A stretch of 64,000 nucleotides of DNA from Antedon mediterranea (lineage: Eukaryota; Animalia; Echinodermata), in NCBI RefSeq assembly GCF_964355755.1, contig NC_092672.1, positions 7,254,001 through 7,318,000 of the forward strand, given 5' to 3'. The notes below the pieces were generated by a model, which searched no databases, was not told the DNA's origin, and saw only the letters and a program-made list of their open reading frames with translations. The position numbers and the translations under genes are program-made. Of this stretch, positions 1 through 13,700 are shown one piece after another; position 1 is the first letter of the stretch; every line of letters starts with the position of its first letter.

Positions 1-338
1 AGGTGAAAAGGTTTAGCTTTTAAGAATACAATGGTCAAAGGATTTTGTTTGTCCCAATTGGTTTATTGTTTCTTTTAGCACTATTGAGTGTAAAATATGA
101 TTTAAATAAAAAAGAAAAAGCTCAGATTCCTCATTGTCATTGACACAACAATAGAGACAGTGGCTTAATGCAGAGGCCTGAGGATCCTGGTTTAGGAACG
201 CCAACGCTGGAAGCATCAGGCATTTTCAGCCCTTTTCTACACATTTAAAGCCTGTTGTTTCCCCCAGAACCGCTCATAGCTGTTAACGCCACTGAATAGA
301 GCTTTGCGTTGAATTTCAATTTTTACTTGTTTTAACAG

Positions 339-1166
339 ATTTCAAGATGATTCTACTGGGGATGTATTCACTCTTCCTGCAATGGATGACAGCGATGCAA
401 ACCTATTCTCATATCTACCATATGTCTGCCAATTTATTTGTAAGCACAATACAGAAATATTTAGCTTTTGATCGTAACATTCACCTAGAAAATTGAAACT
501 TTAAAATGAAGATATATTCCACTTTTGATTAATTGTAAAAGTTTAAGATGAATTAAGAAAACATATCTAACCACTTTTGAGTGTTTTTTTCAATTTTTTT
601 TTTTACTTTTCATTCAGGTAAAAAACTTGAAGAAAACAAGACAGTTTTAGTATTCAGCAAACTTGGAATTAGTCGATGTGTTAGTGTTGTTCTTGCATAC
701 TTAATGAATTTTTACAAGTGGCCTTTACATGTAAGTAGTCAGTATGCAAATAACATTAAGAAATATGCTAAACAGTGTGTATATTGGTCATTCAAGTATG
801 GTGACATGCCTAGAGCTCTGTCTGCACTATCAAACTAGTTTGACCAAAAAAAAGTGTGATGTGCCCAAATATGGTAGTCATATACCCAAATATGGTAGTG
901 ATATGACATCAACATGTCCATTATGAGTATATCACATTTTGTGTTACATAACGTTTGATAGTGTAAACAGAGCTTAATATAACTAATTCAAGTTTCTTGA
1001 ATACATAATTAACAACATTTTGTTTTTATTATAGGATGCCTATAAACATGTGCTTGAGTGCAAACAAAATATCCGCCCTCATCGTACATTTGTGCAACAG
1101 TTGTCTAAATGGGAAGAATCGCTATTTGGAGAGGCTATCACAAACGTTCAAGATCCAAATTATTAA
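339..1166 (+). CDS. STYXL1: STYXL1 (MK-STYX) pseudophosphatase, last three coding exons (gene starts upstream of window)
   Basis: GT-AG exons 339-439, 618-730, 1035-1166 splice in frame: ...DANLFSYLPYVCQFI / CKKLEENKTVLVFSKLGISRCVSVVLAYLMNFYKWPLH / DAYKHVLECKQNIRPHRTFVQQLSKWEESLFGEAITNVQDPNY*. The dual-specificity phosphatase loop reads FSKLGISR (His-Cys replaced by Phe-Ser) as in MK-STYX, and the C-terminus resembles STYXL1. Confidence 0.88.
814..974. mobile_element. MITE family A (PIF/Harbinger, Tourist-like), representative copy
   Basis: TIR AGCTCTGTCTACACTATCAAACT...AGTTTGATAGTGTAGACAGAGCT with core gtgatgtgcccaaatatggtagtgatatg; TAA/TTA flanks in several copies. Other full or partial copies at ~13780-14030, 21760-21904, 22471-22596, 23095-23231, 31009-31105, 32464-32623, 35377-35522, 41046-41140, 44443-44778, 45954-46076, 57460-57559. 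Confidence 0.85.
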
Positions 1167-1779
1167 TTTATCAAATTCAAAACTTTTTTTTCTGCTTCTT
1201 ATTTCAAATTGTATTTTGTATTAAATAGTGATTTGGAGTTTGACTTTGGTTTATATTTGTTAATTTAATTATTTATAACAGGTGGCACTTTTTTGCCCTT
1301 TTCAGCTTTAAAATAATTGAAGATGACATTAATTTTATAAAACATGTCTCGGCTGGGATTGCTATAGTATAGAAATCAAATTATTATTATTATAGAATAC
1401 AGAAAAATAATGGTTACTATGCACTAGCAGTGAACAGAATATGCATATTTTATGTATATGTTTCTATGTATATTTGCTGTTTTATTTTTAAGTTTGACAA
1501 TCTAAAGATTCTTTTTACAATTTTAATCTCAAGGTTTGTAAATATTTTGTATATTTGTTTGAACCAAATTGTTTAAAGGCTAAAATCGACAACAATTGTA
1601 TATGTAAATATATTTTGTTTATTCTGAATATTTCTGAACTTTATGTAAAATATAATTCTACATTATGGTACTGTACAGTATTTTAAAATTTGAATGTTTT
1701 TATTATATTTTATACATTAACATGAATGTTAATAGAACTTGAATAAAAGAGTTTAAAATCTATTTACTATTAATCTGTA

Positions 1780-3333
1780 TCATTGCACGACAAGACCTTG
1801 GAACGATAATGCTCGTTCTATTAATTTTTTTCCTTGTTCACAAAGACTTCCACCATCTTGAAACTCATCTGACAGTTCTCTCCATGTGATTGCTACTCTC
1901 CGGGAAACAATCGCCCCTCGAGGTATAGAATGTTTCCATATGTGTCTAGCATCACCTTGAAGAACAACGAGACTCCTTTGTAAAAGTGGTATTCTCACTA
2001 ACGTATTCTGTAATGATGCATCAGTGCGTTCATCACTATAATCTATTGTCATAGCTAGGTAGGAGTCTGAGAGTAGATTTAAAGTCACTAATCGTTCACC
2101 CCACAACCAAAAGTCGTCGAAGTGAGGGTCGATTGCGGAGCCTCTGGAAGGGTCGTAGTCAAGATTGCAGAGTTCGACCGGGATGAAAGTTTTCAGTGTT
2201 TCTAATGAAATCATTCGTTTGTATAAATCGCTACTGAATGCTGGAAGGCCAGTAAATTGTTGCATCCTCACTTTCTTTTTCTTGAAATTAACTTTTGGCC
2301 CATAATCCTAAAAAATTTATAATAAAAACACAAATAGTCAAATAGCCTTTTTTAGATAAAATAGCCGCATAAGAATATAAAATCACAAATCCACTTTAAA
2401 TATTAGCCTACTACTAATTTGAGACTTTAAAACCCCAAAAGAGTTGTCAGTGAAACAAAACATTTTCATCTACTCAGTTTCAATTGCACAACATACAGTA
2501 TTATACTTAAACATACAGACTTTAAACATACAGACTTTAAACAAAAAAACATTTAAAAATACAAACATTTAAAATTACAAACATTTAAATATACACATAT
2601 TTAAATATAAAGCTTTCACAGTACATTTTCTTTTTTTACAAGTTTTTTTTCTGCAAAAGGAAGGCAGTTGCCATTTACACTGCTGACCAAGGCCTACCTG
2701 TTTTAACCTCCCAGACTGTGATTCCTTCCACTGTGAACAGTCAATTTCATCCACAATCAGTTTCTCCTCATGTGTTGTTACAAATTCTGGAATGATACAG
2801 ACACCAGGAAAGTCTATGGTGTTTCCTTGGTGATATGGATGTTCATTCGGATGTGGTAATAACTCCCATGCTTTACAACACACATGGCAATAGACATACT
2901 CCTATAAAAAGGGTGAAAACAATAATTTTAATTGTAAGTATTGCAGATCCTGTTACATGTTATTTACAGAGTTATGCACGTTTCAATCATATGACCCACT
3001 ATACAAGAGGTGCATCATTTGAATGTCCGATGTGCGTCATACCGTATATAAATAACATGACCCACCAATGTGTCAAAAAAGTTACTTAACTTTTAGGTGA
3101 CCATGACGCAAACATTTTGACACACGGTGACCATGTTGTTCATGATATGATGGTGCGTGGGTGGTAAAGTGACAAGTGCATTACACAGGAAATAGTAAAA
3201 GTATCAAAACCTGAAATAGAGCAGCTACATTCTCCAGTGCCTGTGTCTTGATTTGTTTTTTGTTTGCTTCACATTGTAAGCACACACGTATTCCCTTGCA
3301 TCCACATGATGTAACATTTGAACCACTTTCCAT
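1780..3333 (-). CDS. ALKBH4: AlkB homolog 4, Fe(II)/2-oxoglutarate dioxygenase
   Basis: Exons 3333-3211 (alternative phase-0 donor at 3229), 2901-2698, 2307-1780. Motifs: CGCKGIRVCLQCE, SQSGRLKQ/DYGPKVNFKK, ELCNLDYDPSRGSAIDPHFDDFWLWGERLV (HxD), WKHSI (distal His), RRVAITWRE. Confidence 0.95.
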
Positions 3334-3779
3334 GACAATATTTATTGACTGCAAAAATCTAGTTTTAAATATTAAATACATTAATAATAATATTAATAAT
3401 AATAATTACCAAAAACTTTGTTAAAAAAGTCTTTATTTTTATTTACACTGACTGACAGCCTAGTAATATATGTCGCATATATGATATATATGTCGATTCA
3501 AACTAATATTTAGTTACTACTAGGGTCGAAACGACTATAAATATTCCTCCACCTCAAAATGACTGCAGGCTGTCTGTGTGTATCTGACACTGATTTTATC
3601 ATATAGCCTAGGGCCTAGCCTAGAAAACTAAACCAACGTTTTCACGATTATTTCTAGTTACAAACTTTATATAATAAACTATTAAATGATATTTATAAAG
3701 TAAAATTGTATCATTCCCAGTATTCTCAACCGAAAACGTAAAATAAAATATATAAAAAAACGCACACGATACGACGAAA

Positions 3780-3965
3780 AAGAAGACTAATTACTTTTAA
3801 TAACAAGTTCAACACTAGAGGGCTAAAAACTGCCCTCATCGGTGACTTTTAAGCAGCAAGCTTTGTGTGCCATTTGAGAAAGCGGGAAGGAAATTCGACG
3901 CGTCGCGTCCTAAAGTTGGTTGGTATTTTTATATGGTTTTCACCTTTATATCAATATAATATCGT
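3780..3965. promoter_or_regulatory. Probable bidirectional promoter and first non-coding exons of ALKBH4 and LRWD1
   Basis: CpG-rich patch between divergent genes. Both ATG exons are preceded by splice acceptors (minus ~3350, plus 4696), and candidate donors point outward (minus gtaatt ~3794; plus gtaagt 3964). Confidence 0.55.
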
Positions 3966-4708
3966 AAGTAACTTCTATCAATAAGTTTTTATTATTTTTA
4001 ATATTTAGTCAAATACAATATTTTGATATGATGTTTCTTAGTTTTATTTATTTTCACTGTTTCATTTAGAAAAAATAGAGCCACGAGAATTTTATTGGTA
4101 CACCAAGCCTAGATGAGGGCGCTGTTTGGCCGGTGACGAAAATGGCTATAATTTGTAAATAAAAGTGGAATTTTTTCTACTTTTAAATCCATTAATCAAA
4201 TGCTTAATATTAATAAACGATTATTAATACAAATATATTTCTTTCATCACGTTTACTTTTTTTTTCTTCCTCCCCACTAACTAACCCACAGCCAGATTGA
4301 AGAATCTGCGGAAGCTATAAAAATCGTGTACCCACAGTTTTTAATTTGTGATGTAATCAATTGTCTACTGAACTGATATGTGCCAATTGTGACAGGTTTC
4401 TCATGTAGTATGAAACATTCGTTATTAATTACCATACGGTCGTTTGGCCTGAATGGAGATAAATATTACGGAAAACTACTACGCAAAATAATAATTTGGC
4501 CTTAAACTGTGGAAAACCCATGGACAAATTATTAAACCAACAACACTATAAACATAATTTAGCGAACCGTCCTGACTACTGTACTAGGCCTACCTAGTAC
4601 TATTCAGCCTGTTGCTGTGCTCATGGAACATTATTAACTACGCCTATACCATGTACCATATTATTAATGTTTTTAAATATATATTTTACATTCCAGAATT
4701 ATTATAAA

Positions 4709-7700
4709 ATGTCTACCTATGGGTCTTTTGGAAAAGGGCCATTTGTATCCAGCACTGCTCTTGTGGAACGGATGGTTCTACAATGTGCTGGTTGTGTAAC
4801 CTTACAAGAGATCCGTCATCTTGATCTCTCCGGACGTAAAATCGCCACGCTGGATCCTGCTGTCTTCTGTCGAATGCATGACCTTGAGACATTAAATGTC
4901 TCCAATAACAAGATATCTGGCTTTGACTACAATCTTGGTTTGCGAAAGCTCTCCAAGTTAGACATCAGTAAAAACAAGTTGACGTCTGTTCTCACTCTTG
5001 AGCAGTTTCTGGAAGTTGAAGAACTGGATCTTAGGGATAATGATCTAACAGTGAGTTCTAGTGTCCATTTACACTGAGAATCAATTATTTCACATTCAAT
5101 TACATGTACATCTGATGTCATCCAGATATATGTTTTTTCTGTAAAACAAACCATCTTTGATTTGTAAATTATCTCAAATCTATCCACACACCCAGATACA
5201 AATATTTTTTCTGTATTACGTGCTAGTCTTTATTAATTTTGTAAATGATTTCTTTTGACAGACTTCAGATCATTACATTGCTGTATACATGTTGCCTAAA
5301 TTGATGACGCTTAACGGCCAGGACATTGACTTTCGTGGAACTATAGACAATATGGAAGCAGAATTAGCTACTAAGGTAAGATGAAACATTTTAAAAACAT
5401 CCAGGCTATCCAAACCAAAATATTTATTTATCCTAAATTTGAATGATAACAAATTGTAATACTACTGTACATGTATGTGTATTTTTCTTTTGAGTAATTA
5501 ACAGCAACGTCCTCTGAAGTAGAAAATCTTTTTGGACATTGCTGGTTCACAGGGTTCTCACCAGCATGTCTTGTCGCGCCAGCCCACGCATTTCATAATG
5601 AGGTCGGAAAAAAATGCAGTTTGTAAACAACCCTATGATTTTCTTTTTGTGCGGTAACAAGATGTGGAAAATTAATGAGTAAATTTTGACTGGCGGAGGA
5701 CCAAGTTGTAAATTACTAGGAAGCATTATTTATAAATAAATACTACAGTACAGAAAGAAAATACTGCAATTTTACCTACGAAGTAGCTTCGTAGATAGAA
5801 CGTAGGCTACGTTGTTGGCTTCGTAGGTTCCATTGTTTGGCTTCGTAACCTCAATAAACAACTTTCAATGAGCTACGTTCTGAACTTCGTAGGGAAATCG
5901 TAACCTAAATAAACAACCCTACGATGTTCTTAGTGAAGTAAGGTGTGAAATTAATGTGTTAAATTTAATTGGCGGAGGACAAAGTTGTAAATTAATAAAA
6001 AATAAATAATATTTTTTAATCGTAATATTTTCCTTCGTGCGTGTTTACCTACTCAACGGCGAATATAAATATAAATTTCCCACGAAGTATAATAAGAGAG
6101 ACACGATCCAACACAGGTGAAACGCAACGAACAAGCCAACATAAACATAATATAGCGAACGTCCCATCCAGAAACGATGCCGAGAAAAAAAGATCGTAAA
6201 CAATTCATTCTAAATATAGCATCAGGACGTTCAATCGGTCGCTCAAAAAGACTGCCGGCAGAAGACCGTAATTAATACAGACCTAGTTTTTTTTTGTTGG
6301 TCACATGGCATGAAACGCGATACTCTCTGCTTACCGCAATCTCTCACATGTTTTTTTTACTCAGTACGAGCTCTACGAGAGGGTGGCTACCGTCTGACGA
6401 CGATAAAACAGTAATTAAGATCGTGTACCTGGATTTTGTGTCACATGACATGAAACATAATACTCTCTCTAAACTGCTCAGCTCACATGTTTTTCCCCTC
6501 CAAATTCTGGTCGGGCCTTTTTCTTTATACATGTCGGAATCATTTTAAAAGGCCTATTTATGTATGTTAAATCTTAATATGGGATATATATTTATTTTGC
6601 ATATATTTTGTTGGTGTCCTAGCCTAGGTGTCGTTGTTTTTATAATTCGCGAACCCAACAAGGTAGAAATAAATTAAATAATTTATAGTGTAGGCCGCCG
6701 AAACAGGCTAGGCCTAGCCTCGACTCTCTCTACGTGAGCTGAGGTCCACCGGCCCGATGTTGTTTCGTCGGCGGATTTCCGTCCAAATTAGGATAACCGA
6801 TGCGTAGGGCGGCTACAAAAATTGACCTACTAATCTTTGTAGGATTTTAATTAGCAAACAATACATTGTTTGTTTGCATTGTCCATGCTTCTACGAACCA
6901 CCCTACGATCGAGGCGTAGCCTAGATTTCATAACAATACATCGTAAGCTACGAACAATACATCGTAGGTAGGAGAGAACAATACATCGTAGGCTACGAAC
7001 AATACATCGTAGGAGAGAACAATACATCGTAGGCTACAAACAATACATCGTAGGCTACAAACAATACATCGTAGGAGAGAACAATGTCCTACGTTCTACC
7101 TACGATCTACCTACGAAAGCCTACGCGTAGATACGAAGCAGTAATTTCTTTCTGTACTGTATTTTTAATCGTAGAAATTTCCCACGGTAGAGAGGCACGA
7201 TGGCACTTACTCCATTGTGAACCTCAATTAACTAGTATGGTAGGCTAGGCCACCAAGTTCTAAAAATAATATAGTCGATCCAGAAACGATGCCGACAACA
7301 ACAAAAGATCGTTGAAATTCTAAATATAGTATCAGAACGTCGATCGCGCAGACCTAGATTTTGTTTGGTCATATGGCAGGTGCGGCCGGCCTGGAAACGC
7401 GACGAAGTTCGTGTACCTAGATTTTGTGTCACATGACATGAAACGCAATGATACTCTGGTACTCTCTCTCTAAATTTAACTGTTCCAACCACACATCGCA
7501 CATGTTTTTTTCACTCAAAATCCTGGTCTGGTCGCGTAGCTACCGAATACTAGGCTAGGGCCATTTTCTTTACACAGTTACATGTCGTAATAATTGAATA
7601 GAATAGGCCTATGTTAAATCTTAACATAAAATATATTGATTTTGCATGTATTTTTTTTGTGTTGACGTCGGTGTATTTATAATTCGCTAAGCCAAGGTAG

Positions 7701-10700
7701 GATTAAATTAATATAGCGTAAGAGGCCGCCGAAACTTGACTCGACTCCGATGTCAAATCGGCCAACGATGTCATCTCGTCCGGCTAAATTAGGCTAACCA
7801 GTGCATAGGGCGGCTAAAAAATGTCGTCTCCTAGCATAGCCTAGGTAGGATTTTAAGGTGTCGTCGATTTTAATTAGTGAACATTACATTGTTAATTTGC
7901 ATTGTCCATGCTTTTTCTAAAGGCGATGACAATGGTGTTTATTAACCCTATACGAACCACCCTATATGATCTACGCATAGATAATTATAATAAAAATAGG
8001 CTACGATCTTCTACATGTGTAAATAAAGTGGTGGTCGGCGCCATGAAAGTGGTGGTCGGCGCCATGAAAGTGGTGGTCGGAAATTCCGAGTGGTGGACGG
8101 GGCCGACCACCGTGGCAAGAACCCTGGGTTCACAACACAGTGATGTTATGAACTTTGGAACGTAGCTCGTTAGAAGGTTGTTGAACAACATAGGCTATAT
8201 TCTACCGATTGAAGCTGCCTCAAAAAATATTCTATTTCTGTACTATATCTCTTTAATATGAATTAAAGATGAGTATATGATATGAATACCTTCTGTGTTG
8301 GATAGATGTTAATTATTAACACACCTATAAAGAAACAGTTAATTACACTGTAAATCTTTTATGTAGGTTGTCAGTGTTTGGGAAGAAGAGTTTGCAGGTC
8401 ATGCAATTGGTATGACAGAGAAGTCTGATATCCTTGCCCTGGAACAGACTTTCATTGAACGGCTTAAAGAACGTGTTCAATTTGGCGCTGATGCTCTTAT
8501 GGAATTCACACATTATATGGTAAGTTTTGTTATTTATACTGGGTATTATATGTATAATAGATTAACTAATTTATCAAAAATGAAAGTCTAATCGATATAC
8601 AAGATTACATACAATATAAGTTAATTATTTATTAAGTTAATATAAGTAATAATTAATATAAGTGAACATCGTATAGGCCTACTCTATCTCTAACAAAACT
8701 CTGTTTTATCAACTTAATCCAAAATATAGTCATTATCTCACGACCATTTTACAGTCACCACCATATGGGCTTTCTTCACCAGCGCTTCTATGAATGGATG
8801 ACTAGTTGGGAGCAGGAATGCTAGTAGACCGAACCCAGTGCCGTCTTGATTTTACGATCATTCGGGAAATTACCTCATCACGTTTCCCTTGTGCTTGCAA
8901 TTACAATGATGCTAATACTATTTTTTATGATTTTGTTTCCAGCTTACAGTATTAGCCGAAAGACAAATCACACAAGTATTTGGAATAGTTCGAAAGCCAC
9001 TACTTGAAAAGGCTAAATATGTAGCGCCTGCTGAAGAACAAGCTCAACCGGAAAAGAAAGTGTGTTCAGAAGAAACAACAGCAACCGAGGTCATAAAACT
9101 TCAAGTTACTGAACCAAATGGAGAGAAGCAAACTGATGCAGCTGTTGAAGAGCCAACAGCAAAGAAGGCTAAACTTGAAGATGGAGAAAAAAATGAAGAA
9201 ACGGAAAAGATGGACACAACACCAGCAGAAGAGGCCCAGGAACCAGTACCAAATGGTGAGACATCAGATGAAAAAGAAGCTAAACCAGATGAAGCCGAGA
9301 CAACAACTGTAGCAGAGACAGATGCACCAGAAACTGAGGTACCAGAAACTGAAACACCGGTACCAGATGCAACCGACAAAGAAACTGCCAAAGAAAATGT
9401 ACCTGATAAGGATGAAAAGACCGATACAGATAAATCAACCGAAAGTAATGAAGCATCACCAAGTAAAAAAGCCAAAACAGAGACCAAGACGCCTACAAAA
9501 AAACAAGAAGCCAAATCACCACCTAAAAAGGCCGCGGTAGAGTCTGAAACTCCCGACCAGCCTGTAAAAAGAGGAAGAGGGAGACCAAGAAAGGTTCCTA
9601 ACCAGGACACACCAGCAAAGGAAGCAAAAACAAAGGAAACTCCAACAAAGACCAAGGAGACACCAGGAAAAACAAAGGAAACACCAGCAAAGACCAAGGA
9701 GACACCAGGAAAAACAAAGGAAACACCAGCAAAAACAAAAGACAAATCTTCCAAGACTAAAGAAACGCCAGCAAAAGCTAAGGATACAGCATCAAAGACG
9801 AAGAAGACACCTGTTGTGAAAAAGAAAAAAGATGATACTCCTCAACCGTGGGTGCCACCAAAACTAGATGTACCTCGGAGTAAGGTTAGTATGTCTGATA
9901 TTTCTGTTACATTGAGGAGCTAGTTAAATAAAATCACCTATAAAATCCTGGTGGTGATTTTACTAGTCAGGTGACTAAACAAACCATGTACATTTCTAAA
10001 TGGACTGTATTTTAACATTGAATTTGTGTAGTTTAATGTGAACTCTGAATTTTTATTGGGTTCAAGTGTAGATTAGATGGCCACATAAGGTACTTAATGA
10101 AGTACCTCAATATTGTGTTTTTCAACAGAAAGAAAATCCCAAGTTTGAAGGTGTTCATTTTCTTAGATGCCATTCTTTGGAAAACAATCCTAGTGATGAC
10201 AGTAGGAATGTGTGGAAGTGTGCGTTTGAACCAGATCCGGAAAATCCACGTAAGTTTCCCGAGGGAGTTTCCTGATATTTAGAGTGGTCTCACACTAATT
10301 GTGAGTGGATATACTAAATTGGGAAGTGCCTGGCATAGCCATTGTTTATTATAAATTCTGATGCACAAGATTATTTAGAATAGCACCCTCTATGTATGAG
10401 TATATTTCAGTTAAGGATAGCACCCTCTGTGGTTTGGCTATGCATGTAAGATATTTCCACATTGAAACCTATTACACACAGGCTCTAAGAATCCTTTTCT
10501 AACATCCCAATTGTGTATCTAAAGATATAAGCATTTTATGATTTTATATTTAAATTTCTTTTTTAGAAAATAGTACTTCAACTGTAGCAACTTGTGGTGG
10601 TAATTCAGTGTGTTTGATTGACTGCGAGTCGGGCAAAGTTATGAAGCGTTACAAGCACGAAAATGTTGAAGAGGCAAGTTACAAAACGCTGTAAAATTTA

Positions 10701-13700
10701 GAGAATCTATTTTAAACAATTTTGTATTGGTTGTGCAAATTCTGTTTTATATATAAAAACATTACAATTTTTTTTTTCTTCTCCCCTCATTATCTTTTTT
10801 ATTTTTTGTTATTATTTTGTCAAAGTAATATGGGGTCTCCATCATACAAACCTCCAGGTTTCCTGAGAGACCATTTCATCACTTTCTTGAATCATTTTAG
10901 ATACAGTACTAATTATTTTATTTGTGAATAAATATATATTTTTGTAGGAGTTCTACTGTTTAGCATGGACAACATTAGAAATGGACGTCGGCGACGCAAA
11001 GATTGCACGCAAGAGTAATATATTGGCAATTGGCGGTGCTCGTGGTGATGTGAAACTGTTGCACCCTGAGCAATTGATTTGTTATGCTCAGCTCAGAAAT
11101 TCACGCAAAACATGCTCTATCAATACATTGGTGTTCCATCGTGACAAACCCACTTGGCTTTTTAGTAAGATGGTTTTGAAATTATTTTTTTATTTAACTT
11201 ATCTTAAAATCTTGCCAACTAGTAACATAATATTCCATTGGCATTATTATGTTATTTAGCAACTTGTATTTTCAGGTGGTGCTGAAGATGTTGTATTGTG
11301 GGATATTGGTGTTCCGTCTGGACCAGACTATAAATGTAAATGGGTGTAAGTAGATTGCAATACATTGTTGATAGGAATAATACACTAAAGGTCAAAGTTC
11401 ATTCTCTAGGCTTGGGTGTGTCAAAGGTCACACTTTATTGTTGTTTATTTAACAAGTAAATTTGCTGTGGGTGTCAGTGGCTGGATTTAATAGAGCCTAA
11501 GGTACAAATAAAATATGCAACAAGTTAAATAATAAAGTAAAGCAGCCGGAAAGTTCCAAGATTTCATAAAACCCTATTTATTTTGTCAAGGCTATTAATA
11601 TTTTATTTCTCCATGCTTTAATATTTTGTTTGTCTATTTTTTTTTGCAATAGAAAATTGTTTTCGTTCCTTCCTCCTGGCACTGGACGAGTTCTGGGAAT
11701 TGTGTACTCGCCAAAGAATGATTACATAGTTGCAGGCTGTGAGAATGGATGCTATGGCTGGAATCTACAAACAAAAACTAGTAAAAAAGAAAAGTAAGTA
11801 GCTATTTTATTTTTATTACACCTTATTTATAGAGGGTGGCCCTAATCCGTGTATGCGGACAATCAAGGGGCCTCTTTTGATGATGAGTGACAGTGGCTGT
11901 GTGTATACTAGTACACTAGGGTAACCCCCTACTCGTCTCGAAAGATGTACTAGGAAACCCAGCTTAAGGCTACATTCACATTAGTTATAATTCTGACTAA
12001 TAATTTCTATTTTTCTCGCTCTAACAAATTTATTTTGTTACAGGGTACACACCTTAGAATTCCTACTGCCAAGTATTGCACGTAGCGAGGAGAATGAAGA
12101 TGACGAAGGTGATACAATTGATGGCATGGCTGCCATTGATGATGACCTTATGGGTATGTAACTCTATGATTTTCAGTTTACTAAATAATATCTATTAAAT
12201 ATACATAGAAGATAATGAGACCTCAAACATTGATTCATTCCAGTCAATTTACACAGACACAGAGTGATAAGAGTAATACAAATATAGAAACTATTTTATA
12301 CTGTGTTAATAAAAAACAAACTGGACTCGCTCATTGTTTTATAGATTCCTCGTTCTCAAGAAATAAGCCAAAGATTTTTTTTTCTCTTGCATATAATCCC
12401 ATATTATGTTTATAAATATTTTACCTTTCTTTTACAGTTAGTAAAGTTGCTGCTGATAAATCAATTCAGATTTGGAGTTTATCAGAGGCCAGAGAAAAGC
12501 AGCAAGCCCGCAAGAAAGAACTTGATATTGTACCTGTACATACTCTAAATTGGTCAAGTACAGACAACATCTATATATTACTTAACACATGGCCAGGTAA
12601 GGTATCTGAGTAACTGCTAAGTGTATGTTTAAAGAAAGACCTGCATATTATAAATAGTATAAACCAACAAAAAAGCTAGAGTTGACACCTCAACTCTGAC
12701 ATCTCGTCTGTGTAAATTGTCCTTATTAAGTCAACATCCATAAGACAACACATATAAGGCAGAGGCACATCCATGTTTATTTGATCAAGGCAAACTAACA
12801 GGATGCTGAGCTCCAGAGATCAAAGCGTTTATCTGTGGCTGTGACACGATCAGTTTCACTCCCTTAAAGGAAGCGGGGCATCCCTGAGAATGTGTACATA
12901 GTACAGTACTGTTGGTATGTGTCGCAGCCAGACATAAGATCAAAGGAATGTTACGAGTTTCTATCTTTGCAAGGCAAGCTCTGTGTCCTGTTGTTAAATT
13001 GCCTTGATTTGATATTTATTAATATTTACAGGTTGTGGTCATATTGTATGTGGTGATGCTAATGGCCCTGTATGGCTTTATGAAGTAAAAGACGTGAAAA
13101 AAGGAGCAAACAAAAAAAATATGGATCCAAATCCGTTACAAGTAAGCTGTATTATAATTAAATAGTATTACATATGTTTACAATCGGTTTCAGAGGAAAA
13201 GTTATTAGACGTAGTAAATGGCAATGTTCTGCCAGGCCTCTTCTGTATGAAGTCCAATGTTCAACGATTTAGAACATCCAAGGCTTGGATGGGATTGTAC
13301 ATGTGACTGTGATACAACAGTATAACAGAAAGAAGAAACACAGACAAATATTGTGTTTATGTTCTTGTACAAAAATAAACCGCTTTACACGCATAAAATA
13401 TCCTAAAATAACCAAAAAAGTGTGGAACCACTTTGAAGCTCCCATATGAGAGCTCACTGGAACAGTATTCAAAGGAGCTCGAGTGAAAAAGGCATCTGTC
13501 TATATCCTATCCTACCAAAATAAGAAGTAAAAAGATGTTGCTTAAGACTTATATAAAAAATAAATGTTTGCCTTTTATTTATAGTTATTGGACATCCCTG
13601 CTGGAACAGTGAGTTTATCTAAGGAACAGAATTTGATAATCAATGATGTTGCTATTAACTCTGATGCAAACTTCATCGTTGGAGTTACAAGCAAGAATAT

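Noticed and set aside
6931-7085. Short repeats with variable linkers resembling a mini-CRISPR
   Set aside because: Linkers are a few bases of two alternating variants; these are subterminal repeats of the nested MITE.
9101-9754. 217-aa hydrophobic minus-strand ORF
   Set aside because: Antisense shadow of the low-complexity LRWD1 exon 4.
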